DNA of 64,000 nucleotides from a virus: IMG/VR virus record IMGVR_UViG_3300025162_000046, positions 9,816 to 73,815 of that record. One strand, 5' to 3'. The position numbers were made by a program, and so were the translations under genes. The notes below the pieces were generated by a model that was not told the origin of the DNA, did no database searches, and saw only the letters and a program-made list of their open reading frames with translations. Below, in pieces: positions 17,215 to 27,627 of this stretch. The number at the start of each line of letters is the position of its first letter. Positions within the stretch are counted from its first letter, which is position 1.

Positions 17215-18168
17215 ATGAGATATAATTTCATCTTGATTGATACTCTAAATCTGCTTTGGAAACTACGCGAAAAGAATGAACAAGTCTCGCTATTATCGTC
17301 GAAGTATGTTTATCGAGGCCTTGCTGCTAAGTATCTCGAAACTATCAAGAGCCTCAGTGATAACTATCTCGTAGAGGACGGCACATTTTTCCTTTTGTTC
17401 GACAATCCCACAAGTCGCTTAGACTTACAAAAGTCATTTTATTTTGCATCTCGCAAGCATATCTACCCGAAGTATAAAGAGCAACGCGCGAAAGAATGTA
17501 AAGAGTTTTACAATACTCTCGATTTGATTCGCTATTATTATCTCACTAATACTTCGGAGTATGCTTGCATTCAAGTCCAAAACCTTGAAGCAGATGATTT
17601 AGTCAAACCTGTGCTTACTAATTACTGCGCGCCCGATTCACGAGTGCTAATGGTCACTAACGATTATGATTGGACGAGGTATCTATCAGCGCAGGTAGAT
17701 TGGATGCCTAATCTTGAAGCCGAGCCGGAAACAATAACAGTATTCACTGAAAAGATGGGGTTCATTCCCACCGAGAGTTCTGTAATTATGTATAAGAGTT
17801 TATTCGGTGATCCGAGCGATAACATCCCCCAGATTATTGTTAAGAACAATAAAACTTACACAGAGTTTCTTGATTTCCTACGGGCAACACCCACCCTCAA
17901 CCCTGAGACCTTGATTGATAGGGGGCACAATACAGCCACCGCTGTCGCATCCCCAATTTTAACAGCCATCAAGTTAAATGAACGCCAGTATCGAATCAAT
18001 ATCCAATTGACCTCAACGATCCCCGTCTCAGAAAAACATCTCAAAGCGGTTACTTGTCGGGGGCGAAATTCTTCCGTTATTACAGAGGCAGTGGAAGTTG
18101 CTCTGGGGATCAGAAAAGAAAAGAAGGAATTCGTATTCGGCCAACTGAAAAGTCCTAAAACTTCCTAG
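17215..18168 (+). CDS. 5'-3' exonuclease/flap endonuclease (T4 RNase H-like)
   Basis: ILIDT, RKHIYPKYKEQR, LEADD, TNDYD, LFGDPSDNIP. Confidence 0.88.
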   Translation: MRYNFILIDTLNLLWKLREKNEQVSLLSSKYVYRGLAAKYLETIKSLSDNYLVEDGTFFLLFDNPTSRLDLQKSFYFASRKHIYPKYKEQRAKECKEFYNTLDLIRYYYLTNTSEYACIQVQNLEADDLVKPVLTNYCAPDSRVLMVTNDYDWTRYLSAQVDWMPNLEAEPETITVFTEKMGFIPTESSVIMYKSLFGDPSDNIPQIIVKNNKTYTEFLDFLRATPTLNPETLIDRGHNTATAVASPILTAIKLNERQYRINIQLTSTIPVSEKHLKAVTCRGRNSSVITEAVEVALGIRKEKKEFVFGQLKSPKTS

Positions 18169-18180
18169 TATATTAGAATT

Positions 18181-19197
18181 ATGGCCTTACACATTTTTGG
18201 AGATATACATTTTAGTTCCTTACAGCCCTGGAGGCTTTCGTTAGGGGACGCATTTTTGGATTGGTTTATGGCTTATCAGCCGGGCCCGCGAGAGCAAAAT
18301 TCCTTTCTTTGCTTAGGAGATTACACTGATAGCGCGGTTTTACCGGGTGAAGAGGTAGCGCAACTTAAAAGATTTATCGATATCGCAAAAGGTAAATTCA
18401 AACAGATCTATTTACTCACTGGAAATCATGATTTAAAACTTTATAAAAATAAGCCTCAATTATCTTTTGAGTTCCTCAAATATGAAGAAGGGGTGATAAT
18501 TCTGCGAGAACCTGCCGAAGTGCTTGATATAGAAGGAATACGCATCCTTTCTCTCCCCCATTATAACTATCGCACGGATATTCCTTCTATGTGGGAGCAC
18601 TACGGAAATTTGCCTAAGGTTATTAGAGACCAACATTTCGATTTAGTTTGCGGCCACTTTTCGGACACATCAGCACAACTGTTTGACCATACGATTGACA
18701 TATCTTATCTTAAAACAAATTATATTGTGCTCGGACATCAGCATATCCGAGCATCATCTCATTACACTGGCTCATTGTTCCCCTGCAAGATAAGCGAGAA
18801 TAATAGCCCTACGCCTCGTGCGATCTGGATTTTTGAAAAGAAAGATAACAAGGTAATCAAATGCGAGATTCCTTTACCTAAGTTTGGAGAATACCGCGTT
18901 GCGGAGTATCCTAAGCCACTACCCAAGACAGATGCTCAAATTACCATCTGGACCATATTAGGCTGTGAATCTGAGAAAATAGCCGCGGCTTTATATGGCG
19001 ATATTTTTATCCGAGGCATCGCCGCGAACTTCATTAAAAAGAATAACAACATCATTGCATCAGATGACACCTTCGTGCTGGGAGATCCTACAACAGTCTT
19101 CAACGAATGGATCAAAACCGCAAAAACCCCAGTAAGTCGTTCTGTCGCCGCTCTCGTTCGAAAAATGCTCGCTCCTTCGGCCCCTCCTACTAATTAG
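18181..19197 (+). CDS. sbcD: SbcD/Mre11-like nuclease (T4 gp47-like)
   Basis: GDIH, LGD, GNHD, GH, LGHQH metallophosphoesterase motifs. Confidence 0.85.
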   Translation: MALHIFGDIHFSSLQPWRLSLGDAFLDWFMAYQPGPREQNSFLCLGDYTDSAVLPGEEVAQLKRFIDIAKGKFKQIYLLTGNHDLKLYKNKPQLSFEFLKYEEGVIILREPAEVLDIEGIRILSLPHYNYRTDIPSMWEHYGNLPKVIRDQHFDLVCGHFSDTSAQLFDHTIDISYLKTNYIVLGHQHIRASSHYTGSLFPCKISENNSPTPRAIWIFEKKDNKVIKCEIPLPKFGEYRVAEYPKPLPKTDAQITIWTILGCESEKIAAALYGDIFIRGIAANFIKKNNNIIASDDTFVLGDPTTVFNEWIKTAKTPVSRSVAALVRKMLAPSAPPTN

Positions 19198-19198
19198 G

Positions 19199-20485
19199 AT
19201 GGCCCGAGAATTTGAACAACAACGCTTTTTTAGTACAGATCAGTGGCAAAATGTTTTCTATGCCGCACAAATCCCGCTTGAATATTACTTAGCGGATGTT
19301 CTCACTCTCGCAGATCTCTCCCGTATACAATGGTCCTCAGACGCATATGCTTTTCGTCGTAGGTTTGAACTTGCTGACGCTACGAATGGTGGGGCCTTTG
19401 ACGATATACAACCATCCTCTCTCAATCTCCCCTTCGTAAATTATTGGTACGAGAATGGCAAGTTCTGGGAGCCTGATGATCGGCCCTTTGCCGTAAACTC
19501 CCAGCAAATTCTCAAAGGACAGTGGGAAGAAGGTATGCCCGCAAGGCTATATGCTATTGCGGTAAAAACCCCCATCATAGGAACAGTTTATTACAGCACG
19601 GATATAGACGCGCGCATAGCCTACGAAAGACTGCTTTGGGAAAGACAACCAAAAGGACCAATCCAATTAAGCACTTCTATAAAGTGGAAGGGCGTTGATC
19701 TTGCGATCCCCGTCTTCATTACTTTTGAAAGTGTCAATTTCAATCCTAAATTCAATGAGACCGATTGGCTAAAAGCCCAGCGCATGTTCCCTATGCAATT
19801 CGTGATGAGCCTTCGCACTTACGCAATCTATTATCCACAGCAAACCCCCATCGTCACTCTTCATCCCGACCGACCTATGCCTCCTTATAGCACAGGGACT
19901 CGTGGGGAAGGCCCGGGCGGTGATGATTCCGTATACATTACAGAATCCGTCTTACTCAACTTTGCCGCTAAAAAACAATGGGGCACTTTGGATGATTCCG
20001 AGGGCATCATTGATATGAGTATAGTAGAAGATACTACCCCGCCCGGCGCAGCCACAGACCTGACAGATAGCGCCGGCAATCCTATTCAATACGAATCTCA
20101 AACAATCAATAACGCGGTGGTTGATATCGCAACCGGGTACTTCACTGCCTCGACCGATGTCTTTGTCAATGAATGCTCTATCATTACTATTGGTCAAAAC
20201 ACTTTCACGGTAAAATGGGTGGTCCGTCACGCGGAGTTACAATACTTGTCAGATGTCACTATTTATGTGCCGGGGCAAGTGCCTATAAAAATCACAGATC
20301 AACGCATCCGCCAACAAGTAATTTCTGGGCTATACCCTAATTCAGAGTATCATGTGATCGTGTTATTTCATTCAACTAACGGCAGTGCTAAGGACTTCCA
20401 TCTTACGGCCACTACCGCAAACGATCCGGCTAATCCTGTTCCGTTGAAGAAGCGCCGCGGAAAATTGAAGGGTATGGAATTTTAG
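19199..20485 (+). CDS. Putative tail terminator/neck protein with C-terminal FN3-like domain
   Basis: Just before the sheath gene; IPVFITFESVNF segment reminiscent of T4 gp15; ISGLYPNSEYHVIV FN3 signature. Confidence 0.5.
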   Translation: MAREFEQQRFFSTDQWQNVFYAAQIPLEYYLADVLTLADLSRIQWSSDAYAFRRRFELADATNGGAFDDIQPSSLNLPFVNYWYENGKFWEPDDRPFAVNSQQILKGQWEEGMPARLYAIAVKTPIIGTVYYSTDIDARIAYERLLWERQPKGPIQLSTSIKWKGVDLAIPVFITFESVNFNPKFNETDWLKAQRMFPMQFVMSLRTYAIYYPQQTPIVTLHPDRPMPPYSTGTRGEGPGGDDSVYITESVLLNFAAKKQWGTLDDSEGIIDMSIVEDTTPPGAATDLTDSAGNPIQYESQTINNAVVDIATGYFTASTDVFVNECSIITIGQNTFTVKWVVRHAELQYLSDVTIYVPGQVPIKITDQRIRQQVISGLYPNSEYHVIVLFHSTNGSAKDFHLTATTANDPANPVPLKKRRGKLKGMEF

Positions 20486-20523
20486 GGATAACTAAACAAC
20501 TTATATTAGAATCGAGGTATTGT

Positions 20524-21297
20524 ATGTTTGGAATTATCTATAAGGCTACTTGTGTGGCAAATGGTAAAGTCTATGTGGGGCAAACTATTGTTTCTTTACA
20601 AAGTAGACAAAGAGATCATTTTTATGAGGCAGCCAGAGGTGAAGATTCTTACTTTTGTCGGGCGCTTCGTAAATATGGTAAAGACTATTTCGTGTGGGAA
20701 CAAATAGATGGTGCTGAAACTATAGAAGAGTTGAATCAAAAAGAAATCTACTGGATTGCGTTTTATAGATGTTTTGAAGATCCTGCCAAAGGATACAATA
20801 GTGACTCCGGTGGAAAAAATGCTAAATCGTCAGAAGAAACTAAAAAGAAAATTGGAGACGCCCTACGGGGTAAGAAAAAGAATATAACTCCGGAGGGTTT
20901 TCTTAAAAAACAAGAAGTATGTAGAAATCGAGTTTGGTCACAAGAATCAAAAGATAAACTTTCTATAGCCCGCATAGGACAAAAATCCTCCTCCGAAACT
21001 ATAGAAAAAATTAAAAAGGCTAATACAGGTAAAACTCGATCGCCTGAAGCCAAACAACATTATGTTGAAAGATGGACTGAGGAAGAACGGCAAAAAAGAA
21101 GAGAAAAGTATACGGGAGAAAATAATCCTAACTATGGAAAACATTTATCAAAAGAATCTCGACTAAGTATAAGTGAAAAGGCTAAGGCCCGTGGTGGCCG
21201 CACTCAGACAGATGAAGAAAGAAAGAAGAGATCTGATAGTATTCGTGCTTGGCACGCTAAGAGAAAACAACTTCTTTTAGAGCAAAGCACTAATTAG
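20524..21297 (+). CDS. Free-standing GIY-YIG homing endonuclease with NUMOD3-type repeats
   Basis: GIIYKATCVANGKVYVGQT, KGYN, repeated SEETKKKIG-type units. Confidence 0.9.
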   Translation: MFGIIYKATCVANGKVYVGQTIVSLQSRQRDHFYEAARGEDSYFCRALRKYGKDYFVWEQIDGAETIEELNQKEIYWIAFYRCFEDPAKGYNSDSGGKNAKSSEETKKKIGDALRGKKKNITPEGFLKKQEVCRNRVWSQESKDKLSIARIGQKSSSETIEKIKKANTGKTRSPEAKQHYVERWTEEERQKRREKYTGENNPNYGKHLSKESRLSISEKAKARGGRTQTDEERKKRSDSIRAWHAKRKQLLLEQSTN

Positions 21298-21323
21298 AGA
21301 GCAGGAACCTGATTTAGTGATCA

Positions 21324-23972
21324 GTGGAGGGTAAAATTATCGATAGCTTCAGACTCATTTTCGTCGACATAGATCAGTCATACAACATTCCCGTAGCAGA
21401 CAGCGCTATTCAGGGTTACATGGTCTGCCGAGCGCCTAAGGGCTCGACTGAGGCAGTATACTTCTCGAAAGGCTCCACCAATCAAATTCACGCTATGCTG
21501 GGCATACCAACTGCGGATTGGCCGGATATTCAGGATGCGTTGGATCTCAATGCTTCGTATGGCTTGTGGATCTCTGCACCCCCGGGATCGAGCGCGGATT
21601 ACCCCTCCTACTTTGGTGGAGTCTATCTTACTAAGCATGGGCTTTTCCCCTTCTATAAAATAACCGATCGCGCCGTGCCAAACTTCCAAGTTCTGGTAAA
21701 TCCGGAAAGCGAAGACTTTGAATTCGTTCATGCCGGGGAAGCGAGCTCAACCATATCTCCAATGGAAGGATTTGGAAATCCTTCAGGATTTGATGAGATT
21801 CAAATTAATGATATCCCTCCAGCAATTCTTAGCTCCATGGTCGGTTTAAGTTTCAACTTCTGGGGAAATAGTGGTGCGCCCTCTGCGTATAGCGGTGCGG
21901 CTTCCTATCAACTCGTTCTAGAGGGGAATAGCCTCAAGGTTGAGAATCCTGATGGCGCCGGCACTATGATGTCTATTGGTTCACTTAGCAACGGGACATT
22001 AACTCTTACCGGCACGAATACTTCCGGCTCATCTTCTTTCATGTACTTTGATTTCGAACAACTTGTAAGCTCTGCTCCTTACAAATCAACAGGCGGTGAT
22101 TGGCTCTCCGACCCTGATCACGCAACCTACCTTACTCTGGTTCACACGGCGCTTTTGAACTCTCTCCAATGGATCGTTGATGTCACTGACACTACCTATA
22201 TGACCATCTCCCAGAAAACACAAACGGAGAAAGAGACATTCATTACCCTAAGTGATATTGGTTACGATGCTTATGCTTATGATTATGCTCTTGATGCGTA
22301 TAAGGATGAGCCTTATCCTGCCACGTATACCCCCGGCACAGGGGGCCCGTATTATCCAACGCCGGCAGATGTTGAAAATGCGAACGGTCTATATGTACAA
22401 TTTTTTACAACACAAGGGGCCCCTTCGGTTAAATGCGTCAACGGTATCTACCAATCTACAGGCGCGGGAACTCCTCCAGTAAACGTCACTATGAATTATC
22501 GTAATAAGTTTGTTCGTATTACAAACGCAGGCATTCGGCGCACAACTACAGGAGTTCTAAGAACTCCTCCCAGGGACACTATAGAAACCTCGGCCTATAT
22601 CGACCAGATTTACTACGTCTCGTCATCTGGCACCTTACAACTGGTCAAGACAGCAGCGCACCCGGAAGGTATAGCCAATCCAAGATATGCGCCAAACTTC
22701 AATCAGGTCACGTTCTCCGTAGTAGAAGATGTATACCCGGGCGACGCAACTTCTGGTGGAACTTTCACGGGCTCATTAAGTCAAACAGGCACAGATGGTT
22801 ACGGCGGGAACATTTATTACCCGAATGTGCTTCCTGAAAACGCTCTCTCTGATGTTGATGTGGCTGTTTATAGGACATTCGATAATGACCTCAATGGCTC
22901 GGGATTCTTCGACCTTCTGACAGGGTATAAAGTAATAGATACCCGCATTTTCGACGCCACCACACAAAATAGCACCAATCAACAGTTGCCAGCATCGATC
23001 ACCACAGGCTCGTTTGGAATGCCAACAGTGATAGGTCAGCGCCATGTAACCGGCATAGTCAATAGCCTGATAGCCTCTGGTTCAACGGGAGGGGTTGTCG
23101 ATGTTCGTTTCACCCCTCTTCTTATTGACGGGTGGACAGAAGCAGCGAAGGGCCAGTATGAGGTTTGCCGCGTATTTGCTGAGCCAACAGGAACAGAATC
23201 TCTCAAGGAGGATCTGTATAACCTTCGTCTGAATACCCATAAGGTTTCCACGTTCGTTTCTCCGAGAATCATCAGTGTTTCCGAAGCAAATGACCCTTCC
23301 AGTACTGTAATAACAGGTCGCTTGACAGGAACAGTTCAACTCGTCAATCAAGCACTGCGCAGTGATACTTATACCGGCGCTAAGTATTGGACGAATTTGG
23401 TTGGAGCATACGCAGCCGAACTTCTTTACATCATGGATGGTAAACTTGGTGGCTGGGCTCCAATGTGGACAAGCATCGCGGGATACGGTGGACAATTACC
23501 TGTCTCTGTCAACAAGATGAAATATGAGTTTACTCAGGCTCAACTCGAAGCCTTCGATACTATCGGTCTTAACCCGATCACGATGGACCCGACCTACGGT
23601 CTGATGGTAGTTAGCCAGAAGACAACGCAGGATCCGGATAATCTCAGTGACTGGTCGTATCTCGGTCACTCAATGGCTTTCGACCTCTTCAAGAGAGAAG
23701 TCCGAGACAATGTCATGGTGCCTCAGATCGGAAAGCCGAATGATAGTTACTACCAAGCAATGCGTCAACGCCAAGTTGAAGCCCTTCTCAATCGCCGAAC
23801 GGGCGGAGCAGAGCCAATTTGGGCCGCAGGCAAAGTGGAAGTCGCCAATGTCAATACTTCGGATGTCAAGGCACAACGCAAATTCGCTATTCGCGTTACC
23901 GTAAAGGTCAATGTTTTCTCAGAGTATGTCGAGCTCACTTTTGTCAATGTGGCAGCCACGACTCAGATTTAA
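21324..23972 (+). CDS. Contractile tail sheath protein
   Basis: 882 aa; C-terminal sheath domain (GLNPI...GLMVVSQKT...NTSDVKAQRKFAIRVTVKVNVFSEYVELTF); start codon uncertain. Confidence 0.85.
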   Translation: MEGKIIDSFRLIFVDIDQSYNIPVADSAIQGYMVCRAPKGSTEAVYFSKGSTNQIHAMLGIPTADWPDIQDALDLNASYGLWISAPPGSSADYPSYFGGVYLTKHGLFPFYKITDRAVPNFQVLVNPESEDFEFVHAGEASSTISPMEGFGNPSGFDEIQINDIPPAILSSMVGLSFNFWGNSGAPSAYSGAASYQLVLEGNSLKVENPDGAGTMMSIGSLSNGTLTLTGTNTSGSSSFMYFDFEQLVSSAPYKSTGGDWLSDPDHATYLTLVHTALLNSLQWIVDVTDTTYMTISQKTQTEKETFITLSDIGYDAYAYDYALDAYKDEPYPATYTPGTGGPYYPTPADVENANGLYVQFFTTQGAPSVKCVNGIYQSTGAGTPPVNVTMNYRNKFVRITNAGIRRTTTGVLRTPPRDTIETSAYIDQIYYVSSSGTLQLVKTAAHPEGIANPRYAPNFNQVTFSVVEDVYPGDATSGGTFTGSLSQTGTDGYGGNIYYPNVLPENALSDVDVAVYRTFDNDLNGSGFFDLLTGYKVIDTRIFDATTQNSTNQQLPASITTGSFGMPTVIGQRHVTGIVNSLIASGSTGGVVDVRFTPLLIDGWTEAAKGQYEVCRVFAEPTGTESLKEDLYNLRLNTHKVSTFVSPRIISVSEANDPSSTVITGRLTGTVQLVNQALRSDTYTGAKYWTNLVGAYAAELLYIMDGKLGGWAPMWTSIAGYGGQLPVSVNKMKYEFTQAQLEAFDTIGLNPITMDPTYGLMVVSQKTTQDPDNLSDWSYLGHSMAFDLFKREVRDNVMVPQIGKPNDSYYQAMRQRQVEALLNRRTGGAEPIWAAGKVEVANVNTSDVKAQRKFAIRVTVKVNVFSEYVELTFVNVAATTQI

Positions 23973-23993
23973 CGAACCAATACTTACAAATCT

Positions 23994-24030
23994 AACCTCC
24001 ACTAATTATATTAGTTAGTGGAGGTTTTTT
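23994..24030 (+). terminator. Hairpin/terminator containing the late-promoter motif and the endonuclease RBS
   Basis: AACCTCCACTAA (23994-24005) / TTAGTGGAGGTT (24015-24026), a perfect 12-bp stem followed by T run. Confidence 0.8.
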
Positions 24031-25257
24031 ATGGACCATTATATTTATGTTTATCTTGATCCCCGAGAGTCTGGGCAATATGTTTATGGAAATTTGCAAT
24101 TTGATTATGAACCTTTCTATGTAGGAAAGGGTAAAGAAGATAGAGACACCCAGCATCTTCGAGATTTGTTTCACCTGGGGGGCCGAAAAAATACTTGCAA
24201 AGATAATAAATTAAAGGCAATAATACAACAAGGAAAAGCCCCTATTATTCTCCGATTAATAGAGAATCTGACAGATGATGAGGCCTGCGCGAAAGAAATA
24301 GAGATGATAGCATTAATAGGGCGGTCATGTGAAAAAACAGGCCCACTTACGAATTTACACAAGGGGGGCACAGGGGGATCTCAGCCGGAAGAGATTCGGA
24401 AACAAACGGGGCTCAAAATATCTCAGCGCTGGGCCGAAGGAGCCTACAAGAATAAAGTAGAAACTCCAATGACCGACGAACAAAAAGAAAAGATTCGTCA
24501 AGCGCATTTAGGGATGAAAGAAGATCCCGAGATTACTAAAAAAAGAGTCGCTGCTCGCGCGGGGTATAAGCACTCCGAAGAAACGAAACAGCACATTCGG
24601 GAAGGACAAAAAGTAGAACTTGCTAAACGTAATACAAAACAAAGTTGGGAAAACCCGGAGATTAGGAAAAAAAGATTAGAGGGAATCAAGGATAGCTGGG
24701 AAAAGAAAAAGGGCATCAAACGTCTATGGATAAACAATGGAGAGCAGAGTGGGTGTTATGAAGAACAGAACGCTAAAAAACTTCTTGAGCAAGGATGGAT
24801 CAAGGGTCGATTACCCGTATTTTCACTACTACAAGGCCGTATACCCTCCGAAAAAACAAAACAAAAAATGAGAGAGACTGCGGCTCAACCCGAGAAAAAA
24901 GCAAAAAGGATAGAAAATTCTAAAAAGAATTGGGAATCGGAAGAATACAGAAAGCAACGATTGCAAACTCTACAAGAAACTTGCGCCACTCGCACTCTTC
25001 GAAAAAAAGTTTGGATACATACCGCAGAAGAAACGATTATGGTATATCAGGATGAGTTAGATAATTACCTAAATGAGGGGTATCAAGAAGGCCGCGGAGA
25101 GTCACTAAAAAAACGAGGCAGACAAGGAAAATCTTATTGGGTAAACAATGGAACTGAATCCAAAATGCTGCGAGAAGATAAAGCATTAGAACTCCTTGAA
25201 CAAGATTGGGTTAAAGGTCGTCTATCGATCAAGAAAGACAAAAAATGGGCCCACTAA
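24031..25257 (+). CDS. GIY-YIG-type homing endonuclease with NUMOD3 and repeated W(I/V)NNG units
   Basis: YIYVYLDPR...PFYVGKG...GPLTNL; HSEETK; three W(I/V)xx repeats. Confidence 0.85.
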   Translation: MDHYIYVYLDPRESGQYVYGNLQFDYEPFYVGKGKEDRDTQHLRDLFHLGGRKNTCKDNKLKAIIQQGKAPIILRLIENLTDDEACAKEIEMIALIGRSCEKTGPLTNLHKGGTGGSQPEEIRKQTGLKISQRWAEGAYKNKVETPMTDEQKEKIRQAHLGMKEDPEITKKRVAARAGYKHSEETKQHIREGQKVELAKRNTKQSWENPEIRKKRLEGIKDSWEKKKGIKRLWINNGEQSGCYEEQNAKKLLEQGWIKGRLPVFSLLQGRIPSEKTKQKMRETAAQPEKKAKRIENSKKNWESEEYRKQRLQTLQETCATRTLRKKVWIHTAEETIMVYQDELDNYLNEGYQEGRGESLKKRGRQGKSYWVNNGTESKMLREDKALELLEQDWVKGRLSIKKDKKWAH

Positions 25258-25302
25258 TTATATAATGATCCGCGAGGACTTCGCGATACAAGGAGAATAA
25301 GC

Positions 25303-26064
25303 ATGGCAAATCTTGCTTCAAATCAGGTAACAGCACTATTAGGCCTTGGTGCTGATGCTATGGATAATATGTTCGATATCGAGATCACCCCTCCGGCAGG
25401 TCTCACCACTTTTCAAGGTCTAGGTACCGGAAGGGCCGGTATACTTAGTGCCGCTGACCCAGGATTCCAAAACAATCTTACTATTCGCGCGGAAGGATTT
25501 GAACCCCCTTCGCTAAGCGTGAAAACTTATAAGGTAGGATACAAGGCGGTCAATATCGATCGTCCTTCTACAAAAATAGAAGGTGAGAGAGAATTTAAAA
25601 TCACCTTCCGTCTTGATGCTAATTATCGCGCGTATCGTTTCCTCAGTGCTTGGAAATCTCTTATTATGCAGCAATCCACTGGCTATGTGACTAACGCTTT
25701 ATGGGGAGACGGCGGCGATGAAGCTGGTCTTACACTTCCCATACCTGCAATCAATACAGTTTTTGGCCAAGTAATAGTATCCGCCCTTGCACGACCAATC
25801 TATCAAGATGGGGGATCTCCTTTCTCCGCACAGGGCGTTGATGCTGGTAAGTTTACTGATGGGACGTTATCGACATCCGCCGCTGCTTCTACAATGCCCG
25901 GTGCGATGGATAAGACTACGTGGCAATTTAATCACGTTTGGCTTGCTAAACTTGAGGAGCCAAAATATAAGACAGATGGCGGAGAAGCACTCAAGATCTC
26001 CGCGACCTTTAAATTCGGAGAATTCGGAGATCCCGTTTATCTACAATACGGTAACTTAGGATAA
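25303..26064 (+). CDS. Tail tube protein
   Basis: Follows sheath; NMFDIEI...EFKITFRLDANYRAYRFLSAWK...WQFNHVW...ISATFKF tube-like pattern. Confidence 0.7.
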   Translation: MANLASNQVTALLGLGADAMDNMFDIEITPPAGLTTFQGLGTGRAGILSAADPGFQNNLTIRAEGFEPPSLSVKTYKVGYKAVNIDRPSTKIEGEREFKITFRLDANYRAYRFLSAWKSLIMQQSTGYVTNALWGDGGDEAGLTLPIPAINTVFGQVIVSALARPIYQDGGSPFSAQGVDAGKFTDGTLSTSAAASTMPGAMDKTTWQFNHVWLAKLEEPKYKTDGGEALKISATFKFGEFGDPVYLQYGNLG

Positions 26065-26088
26065 TAAATTCCTGGGGAAGTGAGATCC

Positions 26089-26973
26089 ATGGCTGAACTT
26101 AATTCTCAAATATCCGCCCTGCTCTCTGCGGGCGCGGATGCTATGGACAACTTATTCGATGTAAGCATAGATCTCCCTCCCGCCCTAACCTCTCTCATAC
26201 CTGGGGGAATGCCCGGCGGGCGAGTCCCATTTACTCTTCGGTGTATGGGATTTACCCCTCCTAAGTTCACTTTAAAAACCTACGACGCACCTTATAAAAC
26301 AATGAAGGTAAAACGCGCCGGCGGGAAAATTGAAGGAGAGCGTTCTTTTCAATTACAATTTCGCCTCGATGCCTATTATACGGTATATCGTCTTCTTCTT
26401 GCGTGGCGCAGCGCCCAAATGCAAGCCTCCTCTGGGTTTGCTTCTAACGCTGTGGATACTTATGATGGAAATAATAACTCCTTTTTAGGATCAATATTCG
26501 TCTCTGCGGCAGATAGCCCTGTCGCTCAGCAACTAGGAAAAGGGTATGATGCGGAAGGAGTTTCCCGAGGAGAAATCAGCGCTCAAACCGCCGCCCAAGG
26601 AGTATCCGTTGGCCTCGGCTGGGTCTTTCAAGACGCTTGGATTATGGATATGGAAAATCCAAAATTTACAACTGGTGCCGGAGAGATTCAACTTATTTCT
26701 GTTACTTTTGGATTTGGAAACTACATAGATTCACAAGCATATGATTTCACATACGGAGAATCAAAGACATATCAAAATATGATTCCCGACACGACAGGGG
26801 TCTCACTTCAAGCCTCAATAAATGCCGGTATAGCAGCAGCCTCGGCAGCCAATGCGGCGACTGGACTCGCAAGACTACAAGCGGCACAAGGTGGTGGTAA
26901 TACTGGGGCCTCTTCAGCAAGCATGGCTGCCGATAAGGCCGCCGCAGCCGCTGCTAATAAAGCACGACTCTAA
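26089..26973 (+). CDS. Tail tube paralog
   Basis: Clear similarity to the previous gene (GADAMDNLFD, KIEGERSF, FRLDAYY); Ala-rich tail. Confidence 0.7.
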   Translation: MAELNSQISALLSAGADAMDNLFDVSIDLPPALTSLIPGGMPGGRVPFTLRCMGFTPPKFTLKTYDAPYKTMKVKRAGGKIEGERSFQLQFRLDAYYTVYRLLLAWRSAQMQASSGFASNAVDTYDGNNNSFLGSIFVSAADSPVAQQLGKGYDAEGVSRGEISAQTAAQGVSVGLGWVFQDAWIMDMENPKFTTGAGEIQLISVTFGFGNYIDSQAYDFTYGESKTYQNMIPDTTGVSLQASINAGIAAASAANAATGLARLQAAQGGGNTGASSASMAADKAAAAAANKARL

Positions 26974-27001
26974 CGCTAGTTTTTACAAGATCATTCCCAA
27001 C

Positions 27002-27010
27002 ACTAATTAG
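27002..27010 (+). promoter_or_regulatory. Representative copy of the ACTAATT(A/G) putative late promoter (about 21 copies; see findings)
   Basis: Recurs in sense orientation just upstream of structural and other genes. Confidence 0.75.
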
Positions 27011-27012
27011 AT

Positions 27013-27627
27013 ATGTCAACGTTATCTACTGGTCTACAAATACAGCAAAAAATACCGGGCTTCATGCCCAATCTCTTTGAGGTTTCTATCTTTGGCGAAG
27101 ATGGATCTGGCAATTCCAGTTTTCCTTTTACAGAATATTACACTGGTGCCGACGCGAGCAAGTCCTCACAATATTATTGCACCGCCTACGAGTTGCCGGC
27201 CCCCGCGCTTGGTTTTAAACGAGACCCTCTTAGTAAAAAATTCTACGCGGAAAAATATACTATTCCCGAAACAGTGAGTATTACCTGGCAAGAAAATCAA
27301 GAATTACAAGTTTGGAAATATCATCAAGATTGGCTTCGCTGCTTTTATAATAGGGAGACAGATCAATTTATTAGCGGCTCAAGCGGCAAGAAAAGAAATG
27401 CGCATATCACTATTCAAAGATATAACTCAAATCAAACAGATTTCTTAAGTACAGATTTAATAAATACATATACAATCAAATTAGCCGGGCTTATTCCCCA
27501 AAGTCTTCCTCCCCTACGAGGGGACTGGAATCAAGATGCTAGTAATTCGATGGGGCTTGCTATAAAATACTACGTGGATTATGTGGCTATACTTGATCCC
27601 ACCGATACCTTCACGGGGGCCCAATAA
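27013..27627 (+). CDS. Tube-like/baseplate tube initiator protein
   Basis: PNLFEVSI...VSITWQEN...VWKYHQDW...IKLAGLIP tube-fold pattern. Confidence 0.55.
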   Translation: MSTLSTGLQIQQKIPGFMPNLFEVSIFGEDGSGNSSFPFTEYYTGADASKSSQYYCTAYELPAPALGFKRDPLSKKFYAEKYTIPETVSITWQENQELQVWKYHQDWLRCFYNRETDQFISGSSGKKRNAHITIQRYNSNQTDFLSTDLINTYTIKLAGLIPQSLPPLRGDWNQDASNSMGLAIKYYVDYVAILDPTDTFTGAQ

